DNA from: a virus
IMG/VR virus record: IMGVR_UViG_3300047445_000314
Location: 35,207-99,206 of that record
Direction: 5' to 3' (one strand)
DNA length: 64,000 nucleotides
How positions within the stretch are numbered: position 1 is the stretch's first letter; each line of letters opens with the position of its first letter. Both the position numbers and the translations under genes were made by a program. The notes under the pieces are model-generated. The model was not told the DNA's origin. It searched no databases and saw only the letters and a program-made list of their open reading frames with translations. Of this stretch, positions 17,594 through 25,700 are shown piece by piece.

Positions 17594-18538
17594 ATGACCA
17601 CTAGCACCGAACGCCTGCTGCGCGCCGATATTGCGCTGTCCAACCTGGCCTCCAACGGCGGCCTGCTTCTGCCTGAACAGGCCAACCAGTTCATCGACTT
17701 TGTCGTTGAGCAACCAACCATGCTGGCCCAAGTGCGTCAACAGCGCATGAACGGCCCGCAAATGAAAATCAACCGTTTGGGCTTCGACTCGCGCATCATG
17801 CACGCCGCGACCCAGACCGGTGGCCAGAACGACTCCGGCTCGAACGATCGCTGGCTGGCCGCTGCCAAACGCAGCAAGCCGCTGTCCTCGCAAATCCAGC
17901 TCGACACCAAGGAATACATCGCTGAAGTACGTATCCCGTACGAAGTGATGGAAGACAACATCGAGCAGGGCAATTTCGAGGAACACGTCCTGCGCCAGAT
18001 GGCCGCCCGCGCCGCGCTGGACTTCGAGGAGTTCGCTATCTTCTCCGACACCGGCTCCGGCGACGCCGACCTGCTGGTACAGGATGGCTGGCTGAAACGC
18101 ATCACCTCGAACGTGCTGGACAACGCCTCGGCCGGTCCGAAGGACTCGATGGTGACCGCCGCCCTGCTGGCTATCCCGCAGCGCTACCTGCGCAACCTGC
18201 CAGCGATGCGCATGTTCTTGTCGATCGCCAACAAGATCAAGTTCCAGGCCGACCGCATCAACCGCATCGGCGCGCTGGGTGACCAGTCGGCGGTAGCCAA
18301 CGTGGACCTGTACTCGCAGGGCGTGAAGATCGAGCCGACCGCCACCATGGCCTCGGATGGCGTCGGTGCGAAGGGCATCTTCACCTACCCGCAAAACCTG
18401 GTGTTCGGCATCCAGCGCCAGATCACCGTGGAAACCGACAAAGATATCCGCTCGCGCGAATACATCATTGTGGTTACCGCACGTATCGCGCTGCAAGTCG
18501 ATGACCAGGTCGGCGCGCTGAAGCTGATCAACGTCTGA
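17594..18538 (+). CDS. major capsid protein (HK97 fold)
   Basis: GGLLLPEQANQFID...EDNIEQGNFE...DGWLK; strong codon bias; terminator follows. Confidence 0.9.
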   Translation: MTTSTERLLRADIALSNLASNGGLLLPEQANQFIDFVVEQPTMLAQVRQQRMNGPQMKINRLGFDSRIMHAATQTGGQNDSGSNDRWLAAAKRSKPLSSQIQLDTKEYIAEVRIPYEVMEDNIEQGNFEEHVLRQMAARAALDFEEFAIFSDTGSGDADLLVQDGWLKRITSNVLDNASAGPKDSMVTAALLAIPQRYLRNLPAMRMFLSIANKIKFQADRINRIGALGDQSAVANVDLYSQGVKIEPTATMASDGVGAKGIFTYPQNLVFGIQRQITVETDKDIRSREYIIVVTARIALQVDDQVGALKLINV

Positions 18539-18558
18539 TCAACGGCAGCCGGTAATAG

Positions 18559-18595
18559 AAGGCGGGTACGGGCTTGGTCCATGCCCGCCTTTTTT
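18559..18595 (+). terminator. intrinsic terminator after capsid gene
   Basis: aaggcgggta...tgcccgcctt plus T tract. Confidence 0.8.
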
Positions 18596-18598
18596 GTT

Positions 18599-18614
18599 TT
18601 GAAATTGATTGCAT
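18599..18614. repeat. motif copy 10 (TTGAAATTGATTGCAT), intergenic
   Basis: Directly after the terminator. Confidence 0.9.
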
Positions 18615-18638
18615 AATTTACGACAAAGGATAGGTATA

Positions 18639-19013
18639 ATGAAAACCCTGAAAATGAGCGGCCTGGACAACTACATCTCCCCTGTGACCAAATTCACCAC
18701 CATCACCCGCGACAAGGTGTTGCGTGTGGACGACAGCGATGCCGAGCGCATGCTGCAAGGTGAGGAGTGGAACACGACCAAAGGTATCTACCCGCACTTT
18801 GAAGTCGTCGGCGACGATGTGCGGCCGGACTACGATTTCACCACCGCGACCGTCACGGAAGTAACCACAGCACCGGTCGCGCCGCTGGTCCTGGATACCG
18901 CAGCCTTCCTGGAGGAGTCGACCGCAGAGACTGACGACCCGGCACCGGCCCCCGCCGTGGTAAAGGGCAAGAGCCAGCGCGTGGCCCGCAAGTCCGCCTC
19001 CGCTACCGCCTAA
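18639..19013 (+). CDS. hypothetical (head-associated) protein
   Basis: RBS AAGGA; position after capsid. Confidence 0.6.
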   Translation: MKTLKMSGLDNYISPVTKFTTITRDKVLRVDDSDAERMLQGEEWNTTKGIYPHFEVVGDDVRPDYDFTTATVTEVTTAPVAPLVLDTAAFLEESTAETDDPAPAPAVVKGKSQRVARKSASATA

Positions 19014-19028
19014 GCAAAGAGACCCGCC

Positions 19029-19691
19029 ATGCCCTATCTGATCGATCCTACCGCTGCGGCAGCCTCCATCGGTGCCAAGTGCACCGGCTCGGTCGGGCCG
19101 GATGACAGCGCGCTGCTGAATATCCTCAACTACCTGCTACCACGGGTAGAAGATGCGATGGGTGTGGCATCCCTGACCTTCGGTGAAACGGTCGATACCT
19201 TCGACCTTCCCGTGCTGGCCAGCGGCGTGCAACCGCGCGATGCCAGGTTGCGCCTATCCAACGGCTATGTGGAAAATTCCGAGGATTTCCCGGTCACGAT
19301 CACAGGTCCGGACGGTTTGCCGGTCAGCACCTGGTCGATCGACCTCCGTCTGGGCGTGGTGATCCTGGCAGCAGGCTGGAAAGCCGGTAGCTACACCGTC
19401 ACTTACAGTGCCGGTTTCAGCACGCCCGAGGTGGACCCGGACATCGACCCGCCACTCACTCCGCTGTTTGAGGATGTGCCGCTGTGGATCGAGGGCGTGG
19501 TCGTCACCTTGCTGGTGCAATGGTACCGCGTCAATCAGAAGGTATTAAAACTGCCGGACAACGTGCGCTACGGCGAGCTGATGGTGCCGTTGCAGAAAGA
19601 TATCACCACCCGCGTCTACATGCGCTACCAGCGCCCGCGCGATTGCGTGTGGCCGGTGAACTCCACCCGCGCGGACGGTATGCGCGTATGA
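19029..19691 (+). CDS. head-tail connector/adaptor
   Basis: Synteny; VTYSAGF...DVPLWI...LVQWY pattern. Confidence 0.65.
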   Translation: MPYLIDPTAAAASIGAKCTGSVGPDDSALLNILNYLLPRVEDAMGVASLTFGETVDTFDLPVLASGVQPRDARLRLSNGYVENSEDFPVTITGPDGLPVSTWSIDLRLGVVILAAGWKAGSYTVTYSAGFSTPEVDPDIDPPLTPLFEDVPLWIEGVVVTLLVQWYRVNQKVLKLPDNVRYGELMVPLQKDITTRVYMRYQRPRDCVWPVNSTRADGMRV

Positions 19692-20197
19692 GCGAAGACA
19701 CCAAATTTGTACAGGGTGCGGCCAAGCTATCGCAGCGCATCGCCACCATCCGTGACCGGCTGGCGTTGCCGGTCATGGTTGAGCAGATCGGTAAGCGCCT
19801 ACTGGAGCGTACCTGGGACCGCTTCGACAAGCAGGTGGACCCGGACGGCGTCAAATGGAAGAAGCTGGAGGACAGCACGCTGGAGCGGCGTGCGCGGGCA
19901 GGCATCACCTCGAATGAGATTCTAAAACGTTCGCGCCGCCTGCGCGAATCAATCAAGATCATCAAGGGTGGTGCAGGCTCCACCTTCTTCAATACCGGCG
20001 CGGGTCTGCGCATCGGTATCGACCCATCGGCCACCGGCACGCGCGGTGAGTCCATGGCTGCCTATGCCGCTGTCATGCAGCGCGGTGACAACAAACATGG
20101 CACAAAGCCACGGCGTTTCCTGGGTATCGGCGCGCTGGACGTCAAATCGGTCGATAGCCTGCTGCGCCGCGCGGGCGACAATGCAGTGGAGGAATAG
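19688..20197 (+). CDS. virion morphogenesis / tail completion protein (Mu gpG-like)
   Basis: RFDKQVDPDGVKWKKL...YAAVMQRG...PRRFLG. Confidence 0.75.
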   Translation: MSEDTKFVQGAAKLSQRIATIRDRLALPVMVEQIGKRLLERTWDRFDKQVDPDGVKWKKLEDSTLERRARAGITSNEILKRSRRLRESIKIIKGGAGSTFFNTGAGLRIGIDPSATGTRGESMAAYAAVMQRGDNKHGTKPRRFLGIGALDVKSVDSLLRRAGDNAVEE

Positions 20198-20199
20198 AG

Positions 20200-20703
20200 A
20201 TGAACTTGCTGAACCGCGACATGGACATGATCGAGCGCATGGAGAGCGATCTGGTCCAGAAGGTACAAAGTGCCTACCAGTCGGTGCCTGACCTGCACCC
20301 AAACGTGCATGGTGTTTTCTCGCTCGACAATCTGGAAGCCATGCTGGCGACCGACCTGTGCCAGCACATCGGCGTCGGTATCGGCTACCTGGAAACCAAG
20401 CCGCACCGTCCCCCGGAACAGAATACCAACGCTGCGCGCGGCAGCAGCGGTCTGATGGCGTTGTTCTCGTATCTGATCATCCTGGCGGTACCCACCGAGG
20501 AAGCGTGCGGTACCAGGCATAACGCGACCAAGCTGCTGACCTTGCTGCGCGCGGGTATCCAAGGCTCGTTCGTCACCGACGACGCCGCCAACCGCGCATG
20601 GACCTTTGTCGGCGAAAAACCTGAAATTAGTGCTTCCACGAAAGACATGCTGTACTATTCGCAGGTATGGCAAATTGCCTTACCTATTGCAGGTAACCCG
20701 TAA
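20200..20703 (+). CDS. tail terminator-like protein
   Basis: Synteny before the tail tube gene; size. Confidence 0.55.
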   Translation: MNLLNRDMDMIERMESDLVQKVQSAYQSVPDLHPNVHGVFSLDNLEAMLATDLCQHIGVGIGYLETKPHRPPEQNTNAARGSSGLMALFSYLIILAVPTEEACGTRHNATKLLTLLRAGIQGSFVTDDAANRAWTFVGEKPEISASTKDMLYYSQVWQIALPIAGNP

Positions 20704-20721
20704 CTCAACTGGAGAATCATC

Positions 20722-21489
20722 ATGACTCGTCCTATCCCAACCAGCTACTACTACTCCGGTCAAGGTCGTCTGCTGATCGGTAAACGCAACGCCACGACCG
20801 GCGCAGGCGAAAACTTCATCGCGGTCGGCAACGTCACCTCGCTGACGGTGGATATCGCCACCACCAAGTTCGAGCACAAGGAATCGATGTCGGGCAACCG
20901 CTCGATCGACGCCACCGTGATCACCGAGCAGAAGGGTACCTTCAAGTTCTCGACCGAATCGCTGTCGCTGGACAACCTGGCGCTGGGCCTGTACGGCACC
21001 AAGCTCACCACCACCTCGGGCGCGGTCACCGCCGAGACGCACACCTACGAAGCAGGCCACATCATCGCGCTGAAGAAGCCGAAGGTCTCGGCCGTGATCG
21101 TCAAGGTTGGCGCGACCACCTGCGTACTGGGCACCGACTATGACATCGACACCGACTTCGGCACGATCTACCCGATCGCTACCTCGACTCTGATCGTCGA
21201 TGCTGCCGTGGTCAGCGTGGACTACACGGCTGGTGCCGTGGACCGCATGGACGCCTTCACCACCGGCACCGCGCCGGAGCGCTTCCTGCGCTTCGAGGGC
21301 CTGAACACCTACGACGGCAAGCTGGTCCTGCTGGAAGTGTTCCGCGCGGCAGTCGATCCAATGACCGGCCTGGAATACATCAACCAGGACTTCGGCAAGG
21401 CTGACTTCTCCGGCAACATCCTGCTGGACTCGCTGGTCACCGGCTCCGGCTCGAAGTACTTCCGCGAATACCAGTTCGCTGGTACCTAA
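20722..21489 (+). CDS. major tail tube protein
   Basis: YYYSGQGRLLIG...VGNVTSL...EHKESMSG...LRFEGLNT; strong codon bias; terminator follows. Confidence 0.85.
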   Translation: MTRPIPTSYYYSGQGRLLIGKRNATTGAGENFIAVGNVTSLTVDIATTKFEHKESMSGNRSIDATVITEQKGTFKFSTESLSLDNLALGLYGTKLTTTSGAVTAETHTYEAGHIIALKKPKVSAVIVKVGATTCVLGTDYDIDTDFGTIYPIATSTLIVDAAVVSVDYTAGAVDRMDAFTTGTAPERFLRFEGLNTYDGKLVLLEVFRAAVDPMTGLEYINQDFGKADFSGNILLDSLVTGSGSKYFREYQFAGT

Positions 21490-21515
21490 GCCCCTGCGGG
21501 CGGATAGCAGCATCC

Positions 21516-21549
21516 AAGGGGAGAGGGCTTCGGCTCTTTCCCCTTTTTT
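21516..21549 (+). terminator. intrinsic terminator
   Basis: aaggggagagggc-ttcg-gctctttcccctt plus T tract. Confidence 0.85.
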
Positions 21550-21566
21550 CATTTCAGGAGAACGCC

Positions 21567-21830
21567 ATGACCAGCATCAAAAATGCAATTGATTGCAAAG
21601 AGACCGAATACGTACTGACGGCGGTTGCCCCTTGTCAAGTATCTGGTGTAGACTTCGCCCCAGGTGCCACGATCCGTACACGCAACCAAGGTAGCCGGGA
21701 TTACTTGGTCGACACGGGCGCGGCAGTGGAGGAGAAAGTAGAAAACGTAGACGTACCGGAGACACGACAGGTGTCCGAGGTTGCCGCAACATCACCCACC
21801 GCGCGCGGTCGCATTGGCCGTAGCCGGTAA
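21567..21830 (+). CDS. hypothetical protein
   Basis: RBS AGGAG. Confidence 0.65.
   Translation: MTSIKNAIDCKETEYVLTAVAPCQVSGVDFAPGATIRTRNQGSRDYLVDTGAAVEEKVENVDVPETRQVSEVAATSPTARGRIGRSR
21583..21598. repeat. motif copy 11 (ATGCAATTGATTGCAA), in CDS (NAIDCK)
   Basis: One mismatch. Confidence 0.85.
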
Positions 21831-21857
21831 TTTGTACCAACTGGATATAACAGGAGC

Positions 21858-22508
21858 ATGATCATGGTAGAAACGAACGCAGAAACCAACGCAGGCGGTC
21901 AGTACGTCCAGTCCACCCCGACGCCCTCCACCGGGCCTGCCGTGGCCGAGATCGCGGTGTCGCTGGAGACCATCGTCGACGAGATGTTCGCCGGTAGCCG
22001 CATGTCCTACACGCTCAAGAACGGCCGCACCGTTAATTTCCATACGGCAGTGTTCAAGCAGATTGCCACCGTTACGCGGCTGTTCCAGAACCTGTGCAAC
22101 AACATCCCGCGCGAGCAGTTCATCGACCTGATCGCCACCATGGCGCATGAACAAATCAAGGCGATGGCGGCGGGTAAAGGCATCAACGACATCAACCTGA
22201 ACACCACCGAGTTAGTGGAAAAGGCCTTCGGCCAGCAATCGATCGTGCTGACCCTGTTTGCGTCCTGCATGGACTTCCTACCCGAGGCCATGCCCAACTT
22301 CTGCGATATCACCGAGGACGAGTTCAATCACCTGGAGATCGAGGACGCCATCATGGTGTGCCTGGGTGTGATCGGGATGAACTACGGTTTTTTTACCCAG
22401 AGCTTGCCCCGGCTGTTCAAGACCGTCATCGGCGGATGGTCGAAAAAGAACGCCGCCGCCAGCACGGTCGCAAGCCTGTACGCACCCGCGACAAGCACGG
22501 CAAAGTAA
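21858..22508 (+). CDS. tail assembly chaperone (G-like)
   Basis: Between tail tube and tape measure; overlapped by a -1 frame ORF. Confidence 0.65.
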   Translation: MIMVETNAETNAGGQYVQSTPTPSTGPAVAEIAVSLETIVDEMFAGSRMSYTLKNGRTVNFHTAVFKQIATVTRLFQNLCNNIPREQFIDLIATMAHEQIKAMAAGKGINDINLNTTELVEKAFGQQSIVLTLFASCMDFLPEAMPNFCDITEDEFNHLEIEDAIMVCLGVIGMNYGFFTQSLPRLFKTVIGGWSKKNAAASTVASLYAPATSTAK

Positions 22509-22525
22509 TTTCCCCCGAAAAGGGG

Positions 22526-22774
22526 ATGGACTTCGGTCTGTGGGTCCGCGATACGGTACAGAAGCTGGTGAGCCATCATCATCGTCTACAGGACATCGCG
22601 GAGTACCCACTGGACCGTGTAGTCACCCTCCTGGATGCGATCGACAGGGTCGATGCTAGGGCAAGGCTGGCGTTCGTCACCGACATGAGTGCAGTAGTGG
22701 GCGGTATGTTCGGTAGCGGAGACCATCTCAGCGAGCATATCGAGGACCTGACCGACGTATCTAAAGGAGAGTAA
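22526..22774 (+). CDS. tail assembly chaperone T-like part (probably reached by -1 frameshift)
   Basis: -1 frame is open from 22358 to 22774, ending 1 nt before the tape measure start. Confidence 0.55.
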   Translation: MDFGLWVRDTVQKLVSHHHRLQDIAEYPLDRVVTLLDAIDRVDARARLAFVTDMSAVVGGMFGSGDHLSEHIEDLTDVSKGE

Positions 22775-22775
22775 C

Positions 22776-25700
22776 ATGGCTGACAGCCAACTCAACGTAA
22801 CCATCCAGGCACGCGATGAGCTAAGCCCCGACTTGAACCGGCTGGAATCGAAGCTGATCCGGTTTGTCGGGGCGGTTACCTCTGCGCTGGCTGCCATCAA
22901 GATTTCCGGACTCCCTATCTCCACCGCAGGCGATCTGGAGCGCGAGCTGGCGAACGTCAAAAAGACGACTGGATTCACTACCACCCAGATTCTCGACCTG
23001 AATGACGGCTTGCTCAAGCTGTCCCTGCATAGCGACCAGTCCGCCTTAAACCTCGCAAAAATCTCCTCCGCCGCAGGCCAGCAAGGTCTCGGCGGGGCTG
23101 GTGTAGCAGGTGTGCTGAAGTTCACTGATTCGATCGCGCGCATGGCTTCGGTGCTGGATATCGAGGTGGGCAAGGCCGGGTCCGACATGGGCAAGTTGCT
23201 CAACATTTTCAAGATCGATATCAACGACGTTGAAAAGGCGGCGTCCGGTTTCAACGAAGTCACCAACCACGGTGCTATCAACGCAGGCAACCTGCTGGAT
23301 GCCGTCAAGCGCATCGGTGCCGCAGCAGGCTCGATCAATGCCACGCCGCTGGAAAACCTGCGTGACGCTATCACGCTCGGCGCTACCGGCATCGAGCTTG
23401 GTCTGTCGCCCGAGGTAGTCGGCACCTCGTTCACCAAAATTCTCGTGCAGCTCAAGACCAAGCGTGCGGATATTATCAAGGCGCTGTCCAGGGCGGAAGG
23501 CAAGCCCGTCACCGAGGATGAATGGCTGGCGGATGTAGAGAAAAGCGGAATAAACGCCTACCTGCGCCTCACCAAGGCACTGCGCACCTTCACCGGGGCG
23601 GGCCAGGCGGAGCTGATCAGCAGGACGCAAGGTCAGGGCCGTATCTTCGGTCTAGGTGACAAGGCACTGCAAGACGTCAACGACGATCTGATACGAAAGA
23701 ATCGTGCCAACGCAGCCAAGGGGATCGACACCGGTACCTCCGCGCTGCGCGAGCAACAGACCGTCTTGAATACGTTCAATGCACAGGTCGAGACGCTTAA
23801 AAATAGCCTATTTAAGCTCGCGGCGGACGGTGGCCAGCCACTGCTCGCCGTCCTGACCAAGTATGTCGGACAACTCGCGTTAGCACTACAGGCTCCCGGT
23901 ATGCGCGCCTTTATCGGTGCTGTCGTCAAATCCTTCGGCGACATGATCGATCTGGCCGTCTCCCTTACTAAGGCCGTCTCGGCGCTTGGTATCAACTGGG
24001 AGAACTTCATCAAGGTGGTGAAGGTACTACTGACGGTCAAGGCCGTATCGTATTTCCTGAATCTGGCGACTAGCCTGCCAATCATATCCGGCCTGCTCAA
24101 AAAGGTCACGGCAGACACAGCAGCGGTCGGCGCGGCAGCGACAGGTGCAGGAGCGGCCGTTGGCGCGTCCAACGCCAAACAGATGAACTCCTGGGAGGCG
24201 CTGCGTGCGTCAGTCAAAAAGACTGCTGACGCCTACCGCACTGCTTCCGCCGAGCGTATCGCCGCCGCTGAGAAGGAGGCTGCGGCAACAGCCGCATTAG
24301 CCGCGAAGGCGGCTGCCTCCTTTGCCGAAAAAGATGCTGCTATCGTCGCCGCATATCAGACCAAGGTGGCGAAGTCCGCCGCTGCGGCGTCACAGAAGCA
24401 GTCGCAGCCCGCACTGAATCAAGCCCGCGTTAGCTTGAATACCGCGCAAGGTGCGGTAGCCGCTGCGATCACGTCAGGCAATGCAGCCATACAAAATGGC
24501 GACGCCGCCCTGGCCAATGCCACCAATACCGGTCAAGTAGGAGTGGACAAGGCGGTCGCTATCGGCCAGGCAAAGCGCGCGGCGGCACTGAAGGAGCATG
24601 AAGCGCAGATGGCCGCTATTGAGGCGGAGGCGCGCGGCAAGCGTACTGCGGTCGATAAGGAAGCCAAAGCCTTTGCGCTGGCACAAGAGGAGGCCTTCTA
24701 TACTAAGCAGCTTGCCTCATTAAAGGTGGCGGACGCCAAACGCATCCAGCAGGCCAAAGTCGCGGCGGATGCGTTGCTGCTCACCACCACGCAGCGGGTG
24801 GAGCAAGAGATACTGGCAGAAAATGCCAAATTACTGGCGATGCAGAAGGGCGCGGCGCAGGCGAACATCGCCAATGTTATTGCAATAAAAAATGCCGAGC
24901 AACTTGCTAAGCTGCGCGCCAACGCAGCAGCAGGTATCCTGCCGATCGTACCCACCACGGGTCCTGGATTGGGCGGAGGTCCGGCACCTGCCTCGCCTAC
25001 CCCTCTACCACGCGCGCCTGCTGGCGGACTTTTCGCGGGGTTGAGCAAGCTCGAAGTATTGGCTGTTGGACTGACGGCGGTAGGTAATGCCCTGAAGTTT
25101 GTCCTAAGATGGCTGGGTCCGGTCTACCTGGGCTTTATCATCCTGGGTAGCATCGCCGACGCGCTAGGCTGGGTAGACATACTGCCCAAAGCCCTGCGCA
25201 ATCTTGGCGACTGGCTAGGCTTCAGCAGCGAGGCTGCGCGTAAAGAGGCGCAGGCGATGGAGGAATCAACCGCTGCAATGAAGCGCAAGAATGACCGCAT
25301 CAAGGAGCAGGTAGACCAGTACAAGGAGCTGTTGCTGATCAACGGCAAGCTCGACAAGAACAAGTCCGACGACGTCACCAACAAGATCAAGCTGAATACC
25401 GACGCCAAGACCAAGGCGCAAGGGGTGGATCAGCTTGGTGCGTTGTTGAGTGCAGCGCGGCTGGTGAATACCGACGCACTGACAGAGGCCAGCGCACAGC
25501 CTGCTGTGGATGCCGCGAAGAAGAATGAACTAGACGCGTTTCCTGCCAAGATTGCTAAGGCCAAGGCGGAGTTGGCTCAACTGCAAAAATCGCTGCAAGA
25601 CTCCAACACGGAGACTGCTGGGTTTTTTGCTACTGCTGTCGAGAAACGTACTGTCGAGCTGAAGACGATAGAGGACGCCTACGCAATCGCCTCTGGTCAT

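Noticed and set aside
16340-18496. Long minus-strand ORFs (16340..17566, 17579..18496; likewise 20680..21552, 22586..23512, 43770..44876, 48176..49069)
   Set aside because: These are antisense shadows of GC3-biased + strand genes, with no RBS or recognisable motifs.
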